Source of the DNA: an uncultured Alphaproteobacteria bacterium
GTDB taxonomy: Bacteria > Pseudomonadota > Alphaproteobacteria > Acetobacterales > Acetobacteraceae
Direction of reading: 5' to 3'
Assembly (NCBI GenBank): GCA_963732425.1
Contig: CAVSZN010000017.1
Span: 18,974 to 82,973, forward strand
DNA length: 64,000 nucleotides
Of this stretch, positions 35,924-46,724 are shown in pieces. Every line of letters starts with the position of its first letter. Within the stretch, counting starts at the first letter, position 1. Made by a program: the position numbers and the translations under genes. The notes below the pieces were generated by a model. That model did not search any database, was not told where the DNA came from, and worked only from the letters and a program-made list of their open reading frames with translations.

Positions 35924-36642
35924 TCCACCGCATCCTTCAACTTCGCCTCATCCACGCTGCCCACCCCGCCATGCGCCTTGGACCAGGACACCGGGTCCTC
36001 GAGGAACTTGCGCACTTCCTTCAGCGCCGCTTCGCTGAAATACGGCTTCTCGCGGCACACTTCGAGAACGTCCCACCAGGTGCACAGGTGGTGCAGGGTC
36101 AGCCCCATGTCCTTCATCTTCTCGAAGGAACCGGGGAATACGCCATAGAAGAACACGACGAAGGTATGGTCGCAGACCGCGCCGGCCTCGCGCAGCGCAT
36201 TGGCGAAGCGGATCTTGGAGCCGCCATCCGTCGTCAGGTCCTCCACCAGCAGCGTCCGCTGGCCGACCGGCACCTCGCCCTCGATCTGGGCGTTGCGCCC
36301 GAAGCCCTTCGGCTTTTTCCGCACATAGGCCATCGGCGCCATCAGGCGGTCGGCGATCCAGGCGCCGAAGGGGATGCCGGCGGTCTCGCCGCCCACCACC
36401 ACGTCGATCGATTCGTAGCCGATATGCCGGCCGATCTTCTCGACGCCCAGTTCCATGATGCGGTTGCGGGCGCGCGGGAAGGAGATGATCTTGCGGCAAT
36501 CGATATAGACCGGCGATTTCCAGCCGCTGGTGAAGGTATAGGGCTCCTCGGGCCGGAAGTTGACGGCCTTGATTTCAAGCAGGATGCGCGCGGTGGTCAG
36601 GGCGGCGTCGCGGTCCCAGTCGGAGGCGTGCAGCGCGGTCAT
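35920..36642 (-). CDS. pyrE: orotate phosphoribosyltransferase
   Basis: [47 protein letters not shown]. Confidence 0.95.
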   Translation of the reverse strand: MTALHASDWDRDAALTTARILLEIKAVNFRPEEPYTFTSGWKSPVYIDCRKIISFPRARNRIMELGVEKIGRHIGYESIDVVVGGETAGIPFGAWIADRLMAPMAYVRKKPKGFGRNAQIEGEVPVGQRTLLVEDLTTDGGSKIRFANALREAGAVCDHTFVVFFYGVFPGSFEKMKDMGLTLHHLCTWWDVLEVCREKPYFSEAALKEVRKFLEDPVSWSKAHGGVGSVDEAKLKDAVE

Positions 36643-36705
36643 GGCGTTTCGTCCTGGTGATGGTCCTTTGTCGTCCTGTCGTAATCGGCGGGGCGGGCGG
36701 CGTCC

Positions 36706-37653
36706 ATGACCGAGGCGCGGGCAAACCGCATATGGGTGCTGGCCGACCCCCGGGCGGGCACTGCCTCCCAGGCGATCGGCATCGCCGAACGGCTCGGCCG
36801 ACCGTTCCGCATCCTGCCGCTGGACTGGGGCCTGATGGCCCGGTTGCCGCTGCGCTGGGGGACCCTGGCGGGGCTGTCAGCCGAGGCCCGGCGCGCCATC
36901 GCGGCGCCATGGCCCGACCTCGCCATCTCCGCCGGCCGGCGCTCCGCTCCCGTTGCGCTGTGGCTGGCGGCCCAAGGCGTGCGCACGGTCCATTGCATGC
37001 GCCCCGGCTTCGGCGAGCATCGCTTCGACCTGCTGGTGGTCGGCCGGCACGATTCGCCGCCCGCCGCGCCCAACATCCTGCCGATCCTGGGCGCGACCCA
37101 CCGCATGAGCCCCGCCCGCCTGGCCGCCGCGCGGGAGGAATGGGGCATCTTCGCCGAACTGCCCGGCCCGCGCGTCGCGCTGCTGCTCGGCGGCCCGCCG
37201 CGGGGGGAGGGGATGCGCCCGGACCTTGCCGCCGCCATCGCCCACCAGGTCGCGGGCTTTGCCGGCAGCGTCCTCGCCACCGGGTCGCGCCGCACCGGCC
37301 GCCTGGCGGAATCGGCGGTCGCCGAGGTGCTGGCCGGCAGGCCCCACCATCTGCGCCGCTGGGGGGATGGCGGGCCGAACCCCTATGCCGGGTTGCTCGC
37401 CTGGGCCGATGCGGTGGTGGTGACGGGCGATTCCGTCTCGATGCTGTCCGAGGCGCTGGCGACCACCGTGCCGGTCTTCATCGCCGATCCGGGTGGCCTT
37501 GGCGCCCGCCATCACCGGTTGCACGACAGCGTCTATGCCACCGGCCAGGCCAGGCCCTTGTCCGATGCGCCGACCCCCTTCGCGCGGGACCCCTTCGACG
37601 AGACCGGCCGCGTTGCCTTCGAGGTCGCCGAGCGTGGCCTTCTGGGCGACTGA
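36706..37653 (+). CDS. ELM1 (mitochondrial fission)/GT-B-like family protein
   Basis: [57 protein letters not shown]. Confidence 0.88.
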   Translation: MTEARANRIWVLADPRAGTASQAIGIAERLGRPFRILPLDWGLMARLPLRWGTLAGLSAEARRAIAAPWPDLAISAGRRSAPVALWLAAQGVRTVHCMRPGFGEHRFDLLVVGRHDSPPAAPNILPILGATHRMSPARLAAAREEWGIFAELPGPRVALLLGGPPRGEGMRPDLAAAIAHQVAGFAGSVLATGSRRTGRLAESAVAEVLAGRPHHLRRWGDGGPNPYAGLLAWADAVVVTGDSVSMLSEALATTVPVFIADPGGLGARHHRLHDSVYATGQARPLSDAPTPFARDPFDETGRVAFEVAERGLLGD

Positions 37654-37847
37654 CCAACCGTTCGGCCTGACGGCTGGCCGCGTGGCATCACGGCCCTGCC
37701 ATGGTGGTCATGGCCGCTGTTGCCCCGCTGCGTTGCTCGTTTCGCCGGGCTTCTGGCCGGCCCGCGCGCGTGCATGCGCGGTTTCCCAACATGGCCGGAA
37801 CGCATTATGGACATGACCTGACGGGATGCCGGAGCGAGGGGTCTGCG

Positions 37848-38945
37848 ATGGGTTTGCCAAGCCGATATGTGGTCTTCGCCGGCATCGCCGTCATGGGCGT
37901 CATCGCGCTTGCCGCCAAGTTGCCGTCGCATGCTCCGGCAGGCCTGCCCGCCACGCCATCGGCGGCTTCCCGGCCAGGCGCCGCAGCGCCAACGCCGGCA
38001 GGTGCCGCGGCGCCGGCACCGGCCGCCACCGCCACCGCCACCGCCTGGAACGTCCCCGACCCCAATTCACTGCCGGACGATGCCTTTGGCCGCACCGTCC
38101 GCCATGGGCGTGACCTGATCGCGCGCACCTCCTCGCTGATCGGTCCCGACGCGCCCGATCCGGCGATGCGCTATGCCGGCAACGGGCTCGACTGCCAGTC
38201 CTGCCATCTCCACGCCGGCACGCAGCAATTCGGCATTCCGCTGGCCGGCATATGGGGCGTGTTCCCCCGATATGTCGGTCGCGAGAACGAGGTCCGCACG
38301 CTGGAGGAACGCGTCAACGGCTGCATGGAGCGCAGCATGAACGGCCGCGCCATGCCGGCGGAGGCGCCGGAGATGCAGGCCATCCTCACCTATATCCACT
38401 ACATCAGCACGCCCGAGCAGGGCGGGCAGCCGCCGACCGGGATCGGCACGCCAGCGCTGCCCTTGCTGGACCGTGCCGCCGACCCGGAGCGCGGCCGGAC
38501 CGTCTATGCCGAGACCTGCGCCGCCTGCCACGGTGCCGACGGCCTCGGCCAAAGGCTGGATGCCTCGGAGGCCGCCCATACGGGCCGGCGCTACCGCTTC
38601 CCGCCGCTATGGGGGCCTGACAGCTACAATGACGGTGCGGGCATGGCGCGCACCATCACCGCCGCGCGCTTCGTTCACGCCAACATGCCGTTCGGCATCA
38701 CCTTCGAGACGCCGCTGATCGCGCCCGCCGATGCCTTCGACGTGATGGCCTATGTCAACACGCAGCCGCGCCCGCAAATGGGCGGGCTGGAGGCCGACTA
38801 TCCCGATCGCGCGAACAAGCCTGTCGATGCCGCCTATCCGCCTTTCGTCGGCCCCTTCCCGCCCGACCAGCACCGCTTCGGGCCCTGGAAGCCGATCCAG
38901 GAATGGATGCGCGCAAATCCCGCGGCGGCGCGCGCGGCGAATTGA
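37848..38945 (+). CDS. diheme cytochrome c, TsdA (thiosulfate dehydrogenase)-like
   Basis: CQSCH and CAACH heme motifs, ERVNGCMERSMNG, PPLWGPDSYNDGAGM, ANMP. Confidence 0.85.
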   Translation: MGLPSRYVVFAGIAVMGVIALAAKLPSHAPAGLPATPSAASRPGAAAPTPAGAAAPAPAATATATAWNVPDPNSLPDDAFGRTVRHGRDLIARTSSLIGPDAPDPAMRYAGNGLDCQSCHLHAGTQQFGIPLAGIWGVFPRYVGRENEVRTLEERVNGCMERSMNGRAMPAEAPEMQAILTYIHYISTPEQGGQPPTGIGTPALPLLDRAADPERGRTVYAETCAACHGADGLGQRLDASEAAHTGRRYRFPPLWGPDSYNDGAGMARTITAARFVHANMPFGITFETPLIAPADAFDVMAYVNTQPRPQMGGLEADYPDRANKPVDAAYPPFVGPFPPDQHRFGPWKPIQEWMRANPAAARAAN

Positions 38946-39072
38946 CCGACGGCACGGGCCCGGACGAAACGATCCGGACCATCGGCCCGACATGCGATCG
39001 GAAGGATTGAGGCGTGGTGCCGCGCGCTCCTGACCCTTTGCGCGACGGACAACACCAGCGGGCCGATGGACT

Positions 39073-39876
39073 TCAGCGACCTGCGAAAACCGGCTTTCGC
39101 TTGGACATGAAGGCATCGCGGCCTTCGCGGAAATCCTCGCTCTGATAAAGCAGGCCCTGCGCATCCGCCTCGGCCTTGAGAAATTCGGACAGCGGGCCGG
39201 ACGAACGGCCGATCAACTGCTTCGCCATGCCGTTGGACAGCGGCGCGGCGGCGGCGATGTCGCGGGCGATGGCGCGTGCCTCGGCCAGCGCCGCGCCGGG
39301 TTCCGCCAGGGCATCCACCAGGCCGAGCCGGGCCGCTTCCTCCGCATCCACCGGCTTGCCGCGGAACATCATCATCTTGGCCGGGCCAAGGCCGATCCGC
39401 CGCGGCAGCGTCCAGGCCGCGCCGAGGTCTGGCACCAGGCCGATCCTGTTGAAGGAACAGGTGAAGACCGCCGCGCGGGAGGCAACGACGATGTCGCAGG
39501 CGGACGCGATCGACAGCCCCGCGCCGGCGGCATGGCCCTCGACGGCGGCGATGACCGGCGTCTCGCCCTCGATCAGCAGCCGCAGCATCCGGTGGCTGAC
39601 GCGCATCATGCGCGCGCGGCCCTGCAGCCCGGTGTTCTGGCCCATGCCGGAAATATCGCCGCCGGCGCAGAAGTGGCCGCCTTCCCCGGTGAGGATGATG
39701 GCGCGGCAGGCCGGGTCCGCGAGGCCGTTCTCGAGGTGCTCGATCAACGCCATCCGCAGGCCCGGGGCGAGCGCGTTGCGCCGGCGCGGGTAGCTCAGCG
39801 TCAGTTCAAGGATGCCGTCGGCAAAGGCGGCATGGGTGGTGGCTTCGTCGCCCGGTGCGGGTGCGGTGCCGTTCAT
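39073..39876 (-). CDS. enoyl-CoA hydratase/isomerase family protein
   Basis: FCAGGDI, PVIAAVEGHAAGAG, IGLVPDLG, SEDFREG. Confidence 0.92.
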   Translation of the reverse strand: MNGTAPAPGDEATTHAAFADGILELTLSYPRRRNALAPGLRMALIEHLENGLADPACRAIILTGEGGHFCAGGDISGMGQNTGLQGRARMMRVSHRMLRLLIEGETPVIAAVEGHAAGAGLSIASACDIVVASRAAVFTCSFNRIGLVPDLGAAWTLPRRIGLGPAKMMMFRGKPVDAEEAARLGLVDALAEPGAALAEARAIARDIAAAAPLSNGMAKQLIGRSSGPLSEFLKAEADAQGLLYQSEDFREGRDAFMSKRKPVFAGR

Positions 39877-40139
39877 GGCGCGGTGTCCTCCTGCGGCGCG
39901 TCCTTGGAAGATCGCGACCTTTGCGCGCCAGACTAGGAAGCGGCGACGGGCGCAGCAACCACGGCGGGCGCGCCAGCGCGGCGCCCGCCCGGGCCGGACC
40001 GCGGTGGGAAGGTCGCTGCCTGCCTGGTGCCGGCGCGGCATCCGGCGCGCCAACCGCGTCAGGCGGGGCCAAACGAAATCCTTGCCCTGTTGCCGGTGCA
40101 GCCTGAAGACTGCCGGATGTGCATGGTGGGAGGCACCGC

Positions 40140-40703
40140 GTGACCGATGGCGTAATTCACAGGCGATTTCTGATGGCTGTGCCGCTGGCCGGCGCCGTGG
40201 CGGGGCTGCTCGGCTGTGCCGAGACGCCGCCACCGCCGGCGTCGGACCAGATCGCGTCGAACCCCGACCTGATCATGCGCAGCGTGCCGGCGGGGCAGCC
40301 CGCGCTGGCCGCCACCGGCATCGCTGCCTTCGGCCTGGTCCAGGGCGTCGATCCCTCCTCGCGCGAGGTCGTGCTGACGACGACCAGCGGGGGAACCGTC
40401 ACCCTGACGGCGGGGCCGGACTTCCGGAACCTGCGGCAGTTGCGGCCAGGAACGCGCGTCGTGGCGGCATATGGCGCCGATGGCACGGTCCGGTTGCTCA
40501 TGCCACCGCGCAGTGCCGATGCCAGCCGGCCCGGCTGGTTGCGCGGCACCATCGCGGCGGTGGAGGTCGGTGGGCGCCGCCTGGTGGTGGCTTCGCCGCC
40601 CGACATGCGCCAACTCGTCTCGGTTGCCGATCCGGCGTTGATGGCCTTCGTCACGCGCCTCGCGCCCGGCGACGAGGTCGCGGTCACGAGCGGCGGGCGA
40701 TAA
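40140..40703 (+). CDS. hypothetical exported lipoprotein
   Basis: GGGAGG RBS, GTG start, IHRRFL twin-Arg motif and LLGC lipobox. Confidence 0.65.
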   Translation: MTDGVIHRRFLMAVPLAGAVAGLLGCAETPPPPASDQIASNPDLIMRSVPAGQPALAATGIAAFGLVQGVDPSSREVVLTTTSGGTVTLTAGPDFRNLRQLRPGTRVVAAYGADGTVRLLMPPRSADASRPGWLRGTIAAVEVGGRRLVVASPPDMRQLVSVADPALMAFVTRLAPGDEVAVTSGGR

Positions 40704-40715
40704 GGCCCGCCAACG

Positions 40716-40744
40716 CCCCATCCGGCGGCCCCCGCCTGATGGGG
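40716..40744. terminator. hairpin between convergent genes
   Basis: ccccatc-c-ggcgg-ccc-ccgcc-t-gatgggg. Confidence 0.45.
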
Positions 40745-40820
40745 TGGTGATGCGTGCGCAGCCACGCGCGCGAGCGGCATCCGCGACGTACCTTGCCGCG
40801 CCAGGCCTTGCCGGGCGCTT

Positions 40821-41984
40821 CTATCGGGGGCGTGCGCGCTCTGCCGCCAGCGCGGCCGCCGTCCCGCCCAGCATCAGCAGCGCCATGGGAACCGGCGTTC
40901 CGTTTGCCAGCGCGCCCACCAGCGCGCTGCCCAATGCCGCGCAACCGAATTGCAGCGTGCCCAGCAGCGCCGAGGCGCTGCCCGCCCGCGCGGGGTGGCG
41001 GGACAACGCGCCGACCGCCGCATTGGGAAACACCAGCCCGGTGCAGGCCAACGCCACCGCCGCGGGGATGAAGATGCCGATCAGCCCGCCGAAGCCGGCG
41101 ACGGCCAGCACGGTCAGCACCGCGACCGCAGCCCCCGACAGCCGCAGCGCATAAGCGACCACGCGCTGCGCCCCGAACCGGTGCAGCAGCCAGGGATTGA
41201 GCTGAGACGCCCCGATAAATCCGGTCGCGCTGATCGCGAAGAGCAGGCCGAAACGGCCGGGGCTGACGCCGAACTGCCCGATGTAGACGCCCGGCGCGCC
41301 GCTGATGAAGGCAAACACCGAGAACATCGTCGCACCGCCCATCAGCGCATGGGTGATGAAGCCGCGCTCCCGCCCGATCTGCGCGAAGTCGGCCAGCAGC
41401 GTGACGAAGGAACGCCTCGCGCGGCGGTGCGGCGGCAGGGTCTCGGGCAGGAGGCGCCACGCCAGCAGGCAGGACAATCCGCCGTAGAAGGCCGAGACCC
41501 AGAAGATCATGCGCCACCCGCCGGCGCCCATCAGCAAGCCGCCGAGCGTCGGGGCGAGGATCGGCGCCGCGCCCATCACCAGCATCAGCTTCGACATCAG
41601 CCGCGCGGCGCCGAGCCCGTCCGCCAGGTCGCGCACCATGGCGCGCGGGATCACCGCGCTCGCCGCGCCGCCGAACGCCGCGACGCAGCGCCAGGCGGCG
41701 AGCACCACCATGTCGTTCGCCATGGCGCAGCCGATCGTCGCCAGGGTGTAGACGGCCGTGCCGATGATCAGCGGCAGCCGCCGGCCGAGCCGGTCGGCCA
41801 GCGTGCCCTGCACCAACTGCCCGACGGCGAGCCCGATGAACCAGGCCGCGAGGGTGATCTCGACGCTGCCATGCGCGGTGCCCAGTTCCGCCTCGATCGC
41901 CGGGAAGGCGGGCAGGTACATGTCCGTCGAGATCGGCCCGACCGCGGTCAGGAAGCCGAGCAGCAAGGGAAGCCAGGCCGGCAT
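40821..41984 (-). CDS. Bcr/CflA family MFS efflux transporter
   Basis: STDMYLPAFP, LADRLGRR, RAMVRD, APILAPTLGG, LPETL, AGSASALLG. Confidence 0.92.
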   Translation of the reverse strand: MPAWLPLLLGFLTAVGPISTDMYLPAFPAIEAELGTAHGSVEITLAAWFIGLAVGQLVQGTLADRLGRRLPLIIGTAVYTLATIGCAMANDMVVLAAWRCVAAFGGAASAVIPRAMVRDLADGLGAARLMSKLMLVMGAAPILAPTLGGLLMGAGGWRMIFWVSAFYGGLSCLLAWRLLPETLPPHRRARRSFVTLLADFAQIGRERGFITHALMGGATMFSVFAFISGAPGVYIGQFGVSPGRFGLLFAISATGFIGASQLNPWLLHRFGAQRVVAYALRLSGAAVAVLTVLAVAGFGGLIGIFIPAAVALACTGLVFPNAAVGALSRHPARAGSASALLGTLQFGCAALGSALVGALANGTPVPMALLMLGGTAAALAAERARPR

Positions 41985-42309
41985 GGCAACTCCAATCGAC
42001 CCACGATGCCGGGAACCATGCAAGGCGGGCGCCGCGTGGCGACGGGCGGATCAAACGCGGCGCGACATCGTCAGGCGATGCGCGCCCGGCGCCGCCGCGT
42101 CGGCTGCGGGGATGGGTGACCGGTCAGCGGCGCGAACCTTTAGTCTCCGCGCCGGGCCATGGGCTGACAAGCGCGTGCCGCGCGCGGGTGATGCGCGCCG
42201 CGGACGGCCCCCGCGCGCCTTGATTAGGGGCAGGCTCGCCGCGGCCCGCTGCCCCGCGCAACCGTGCCGGTTCCGATGCATCCATCCGGTCGGGCGCCGG
42301 CCCCGTGTG

Positions 42310-42476
42310 CTGCCCGCGAAGCCCGCTGGATGCCCGGCGGGCGAAGCGGACAAGCAGGCCACTCAGGATGAAGGCTGCTGTCCTGCCCGCGAAATCCGCC
42401 GGATGCCAGGCGGGCGAAGCGGGCAAGCCGGCCCCTGACAACGAAGGCTGGCGCGCTGCCCGCGAAGCCCACCGGA
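42310..42476. repeat. 73-bp intergenic tandem repeat (about 2.3 copies), each unit a hairpin
   Basis: ctgcccgcgaa recurs at 42310, 42383 and 42456; units are similar along their whole length. Confidence 0.8.
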
Positions 42477-42492
42477 GTTGGGCACCGGGACG

Positions 42493-44788
42493 CTACAGCG
42501 GCGTCGCCGGGCGCCAGCGCAGCAGCCGCAGCGCGTTCAGCGTGACCAGCACCGTCGCGCCGGTATCCGCCATGATGGCCGGCCACAGCCCCGTGATGCC
42601 GGCCAGCGTGGTGACCAGCACCACGCCCTTGAGCCCGACCGCCAGCGCCGACATTCTGGCGCACATTCGCCATCGTCGCCCGCGACAGGGAGATGAGTTC
42701 CGCAACGCCGCCGACGCGGTCGCGCAGCACGGCGGCGTCGGCGGTCTCAAGCGCGACGGCGGTGCCGCCGCCCATCGCCACGCCGACCGTCGCCGCCGCC
42801 AGCGCCGGCGCGTCGTTGATGCCGTCGCCCACCATCACCACCGCACCGCCCTCGCGCAGGGCGGCGATCTCCCGCAGTTTGTCGGCCGGCAGCAGCCCGG
42901 CCTTCGCCTCGAGGCCGAGGGCCGCGGCGATCGCCTCGCCGGTGCGCCGGTTGTCGCCGGTCAGCATCACCGGGCGCAGGCCGAGCGCGGTGATGGCGGC
43001 GATGCCGGCGGCGGCATCGGCGCGCGGTTCGTCGCGCAGCGCAATCAGGCCGGCCGCCGCGCCATCGACCACCACCACGGCGACGGTGTGGCCCTCGGAT
43101 TCCAGCCGCGCGATCTCGGCGTCGAGCACGCCGGGGTCGGCGCCTTCCTCCCGTGCATGGCGTGGGCTGCCGATGCTGACCCGCCGCGCGCCGACCATCG
43201 CGGTCGCGGCGCGGCCGGGGATGGCGGCGTGGCCGGCGGCGGCGGGGGGCGCGATGCCGCGCGCCTCGGCCTCGGCCAGCACGGCGCGGGCAAGCGGGTG
43301 GCAGGACCCCTGCTCGACCGCGGCGGCCCAGGCCAGCACGGCCTGCGCGTCCTGCCCCGCGGCCGGGAGCACGTCGGTCACGCGCGGGCGGCCTTCGGTC
43401 AGCGTGCCGGTCTTGTCGAAGGCAATGGCGGTGGCGCTGCCGATCGCCTCCAGCGCCGCGCCACCCTTGATCAGCAGCCCGCGCCGCGCGCCGGCCGACA
43501 GCCCCGAGGCCATCGCCGCCGGCACCGAGATCACCAGCGCGCAGGGGCAGGCGATCAGCAGCACCGCGAGGCCGCGATACAGGCTGGTCCACCAGTCCCA
43601 GCCGAAGGCGAAGGGCGGGATGAGGATGACGAGCAGCGCGACGGCCATCGCGCCGGGCGTCCACCAGGCGGCGAAGCGTTCGATGAAGCGCTGCGTCTTC
43701 GCGCGCGACGCGGTCGCTTCCTCGACCATGCGGATGATGCGCGCGATGGTGTTGTCGGCGGCCGCGCGGGTGACGCGCAGGCGCATCGCGCCATCGGCGT
43801 TGATGCTGCCGGCAACGACGGCATCGCCGGGGCCACGGCTGACCGGGATGCTTTCCCCGGTGACGGGGCTTTCATCGACCGCCGAATTCCCCTCGGTGAT
43901 GACGCCGTCACAGGGCAGGCGGTCGCCGGGGCGCACCAGCACGTGGTCGCCGACGGCCAGCGCCTCGGGCGCCACCGGTTCGGTCGTGCCATCGGCGCGC
44001 AGCCGCAGCGCGACCTGCGGCATGAGGCCGGCAAGGGCGCGGATGCCATCCCGCGCACGTCCGGCGGCGACGGATTCGAGCAATTCGCCGAGCGCGAACA
44101 GCAGCACCACGACCGCGGCCTCCTCGGCCGCGCCGATGACGGCCGCGCCGATTGCCGCGACGCACATCAGCGTCTCGATCGAGAAGGGGCTGCCGGCGCG
44201 AGCGAGGGCCATCGCGCGGCGGCCGAAGGGCACCACCGCGACCAGCGTGGCGACCAGGAAGATCGGGTCGGTCAGCGCGGCGGGGAACGCCATCGACAGC
44301 GCCTGCGCGCCGAGCACGAGCAGGCCGAGCACGCCGACCAGCCGTGCCTTGCCGGTGCGCCACCAGGGCAGGCCCGCCTCGGCGGGGTCGGCATGGTCAT
44401 GGGCGTGGCCGGACGCGGCGGCGTGGTCGTGCGCGCCGTGGTCGTGCTGCGCGTGGTCATGCCCGGCGTGATCGTGGTCGTGGTCGTGGGCGTGGGCGTG
44501 GGCGGGAGCATGATCATGCCCGCAGTCGCAGTCGTGCCGATGCGCCGGGCTGGCGTCGGTTGCCTGCGCCAGCGGGCTGACCGTGTAGCCGAGCGCGCTG
44601 ACCTGCCGCACCACCGTGGCGACGCTGTCGGTCCCCGGTGCGATCACGGCTGTCAGCCGTTCCGCCATGAGGTTCACCTGGACCTCGGAGACGCCGGGCA
44701 GGCGCTCGACCGCCCGCGTCACCTTGGCGACGCAGGCGGCGCAATCCATGCCCTCGACGCGCCATTGCCGCTTTTCACCGCCATCCAT
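42493..44788 (-). CDS. zntA: P1B heavy-metal translocating ATPase (ZntA/CadA-like) with His-rich linker
   Basis: GMDCAAC, HAHAHDHDHDH linker, TGES, IACPCAL, FDKTGTLT, MVGDGINDAPAL, MADTG; frameshift near the C-terminus. Confidence 0.9.
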
Positions 44789-44813
44789 GCCGATCATTCC
44801 CTGGCCCGGGATG

Positions 44814-44845
44814 ACATCTGGCACCTCCAGCGGCTGGAGGTTCAA
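44814..44845 (-). promoter_or_regulatory. MerR-family metal-responsive promoter/operator
   Basis: Minus strand: -35 TTGAAC overlapping the inverted repeat ACCTCCAG-ccg-CTGGAGGT (44823-44841), as in CueR/CadR/ZntR operators. Confidence 0.8.
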
Positions 44846-44867
44846 GCCCCCTTCGCGTGACGGGCCT

Positions 44868-46202
44868 TCACTCGCCCAGCAGCGCGTCCCACAGCACCTT
44901 CACGTTCAGGGCCAGGACGAGCGCCGCGATGGCCCATCCCACCACCACCTGCCAGCGTGGTGCCGCCAGGGCGCCAAGCCTGGACTTGTCGGAGGCGAAC
45001 ATCATCAGGGGGATGACTGCGAAGGGCAGCTGCATCGACAAAACCACCTGCGACAGGATCAGCAGCTGCGCGGTCCCCGAGGTGCCGTAATGCCAGGTGA
45101 CCAGGACCGCCGGCACGATGGCGATCAGGCGTGTCACCAGCCGGCGCAGCACCGGCGACAGGCGGAAGCGCAGGAAGCCTTCCATCACCACCTGGCCTGC
45201 CAGCGTTGCCGTGACGGTCGCATTCAGCCCCGACATCAGCAGCGCGACGGCGAACAGCGTCGCCGCCAGGGTGCCGCCGAGCAGCGGTGTCATCAGCTGG
45301 TAGGCATCCTGGATCTCGGCGACCTCGGTATTGCCCGTGGTGTGGAAGATCGCCGCGGCCGCGATCAGGATGGCGGAATTGATCAGCAGCGCGAAGGCCA
45401 GCGCGACGGTGCTGTCGATGGTGGCGAAGCGGATCGCCTCCTTCTTGGCGACCTCGGTATCCTCCCAGGCGCGGGACTGCACCACGGCGGTGTGCAGGTA
45501 GAGGTTGTGCGGCATCACCGTCGCACCGAGGATGCCCATGGCGATGTAGAGCTGCGTCTGGTCCGTCACGATCGAGGCGGCGGGGATGTAGCCGCGCAAC
45601 ACGTCGCCCCAGACCGGGCTGGCCAGCGCGAGCTGCACCGCGAAGCAGCCGAAGATCAGCACGATCAGACCGAAGATCAGCGCCTCGAGCCAGCGCACGC
45701 CCTTGTTCTGCAGCCACAGGATCAGGAAGGCGTCGAACGCGGTCAGGATCACGCCATAGAGCAGCGGAATGCCGAACAGCAGTTCGAGCGCGATGGCCGT
45801 GCCGATCAGTTCGGCAAGGTCGGTCGCGATGATCGCCGTCTCGGCCAGCAGCCACAGCGGATAGGCGACGATCTTGGGAAAGCGGTCCCGGCAAAGCTGC
45901 GCGAGGTCCCGTCCCGTCGCGATGCCGATGCGCGCGCACAGCGCCTGCAACAGGATCGCCATCAGCGAGGACGCGAGCGCGACGGACAGCAGCGTGTAGC
46001 CGAAGGCCGACCCACCGGCGAGCGCCGTCGCCCAGTTGCCCGGGTCCATGTAGCCGACCGCCACCAGGTAGCCCGGCCCCATGAAGGCGAACAGCTTGCG
46101 CATGAAGCCGCCGGCATTGGGGACGGCGACCGAGCGATGTACCTCCGGCAGGCTTGGCTGGCCGGGAAGGGGGGCTGCGGCAGCGTCCGGTGGCGGGTTC
46201 AT
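44868..46202 (-). CDS. mntH: Nramp family Mn2+ transporter
   Basis: [50 protein letters not shown]. Confidence 0.96.
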   Translation of the reverse strand: MNPPPDAAAAPLPGQPSLPEVHRSVAVPNAGGFMRKLFAFMGPGYLVAVGYMDPGNWATALAGGSAFGYTLLSVALASSLMAILLQALCARIGIATGRDLAQLCRDRFPKIVAYPLWLLAETAIIATDLAELIGTAIALELLFGIPLLYGVILTAFDAFLILWLQNKGVRWLEALIFGLIVLIFGCFAVQLALASPVWGDVLRGYIPAASIVTDQTQLYIAMGILGATVMPHNLYLHTAVVQSRAWEDTEVAKKEAIRFATIDSTVALAFALLINSAILIAAAAIFHTTGNTEVAEIQDAYQLMTPLLGGTLAATLFAVALLMSGLNATVTATLAGQVVMEGFLRFRLSPVLRRLVTRLIAIVPAVLVTWHYGTSGTAQLLILSQVVLSMQLPFAVIPLMMFASDKSRLGALAAPRWQVVVGWAIAALVLALNVKVLWDALLGE

Positions 46203-46218
46203 GTGATGCCTCTGAAAG

Positions 46219-46232
46219 TTAGCCTAGGCTAA
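46219..46232. promoter_or_regulatory. MntR operator
   Basis: Perfect palindrome TTAGC-CTAG-GCTAA between divergent mntH and mntR; same TAGC-N4-GCTA core as the E. coli MntR box. Confidence 0.75.
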
Positions 46233-46283
46233 GAAGTGTTTCGACGGCTATCAAGGGGGTCAATCGCGGATTGCCATGATTCG

Positions 46284-46724
46284 ATGCCACGCCGTTCCCT
46301 GCCCCCCGCCGACGACCACGCCGCCCGTTTCGCCCGGCAGCGGGAAGCCGACCGCACCGCGACGGCCGAGGACTACGTCGAGTTGATCGCCGACCTGCTG
46401 CGGGAGGAAGGCGAGGCCCGCGCGGTCGATCTCGCCCGCCGCATGGGCGTATCGCAGGCGACGGTGACGGCCACGGTCGGCCGGCTGCAACGCGATGGCC
46501 TGGTCGAGACCAAGCCCTATCGCGGCCTGTTCCTGACCGAGGCCGGCACGGGGCTCGCGTCCGCGGCCAAGGCGCGCCACGACCTCGTCGTGCGCTTCCT
46601 GATCGCCGTCGGCCTCGATGCCGAGACGGCCGAGCAGGACGCCGAGGGGCTCGAACACCATGCGAGCGACGAGGCACTGGCCGCCTTCGCCCGCTTCCTC
46701 GACCGAGGCGGCAACACAACATGA
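46284..46724 (+). CDS. mntR: Mn-dependent transcriptional regulator (DtxR/MntR)
   Basis: AEDYVELIADL, ARAVDLARRMGVSQATV, PYRGLFLT, DAEGLEHHAS. Confidence 0.93.
   Translation: MPRRSLPPADDHAARFARQREADRTATAEDYVELIADLLREEGEARAVDLARRMGVSQATVTATVGRLQRDGLVETKPYRGLFLTEAGTGLASAAKARHDLVVRFLIAVGLDAETAEQDAEGLEHHASDEALAAFARFLDRGGNTT

Noticed and set aside
42310-42476. Possible mini CRISPR array
   Set aside because: Units are similar along their full 73 bp, with no unique spacers and no cas genes.
44789-44845. TTG start extending zntA (MNLQPLEV...)
   Set aside because: This stretch is the -35 element and MerR operator, so the ATG at 44788 (or 44797) is more plausible.
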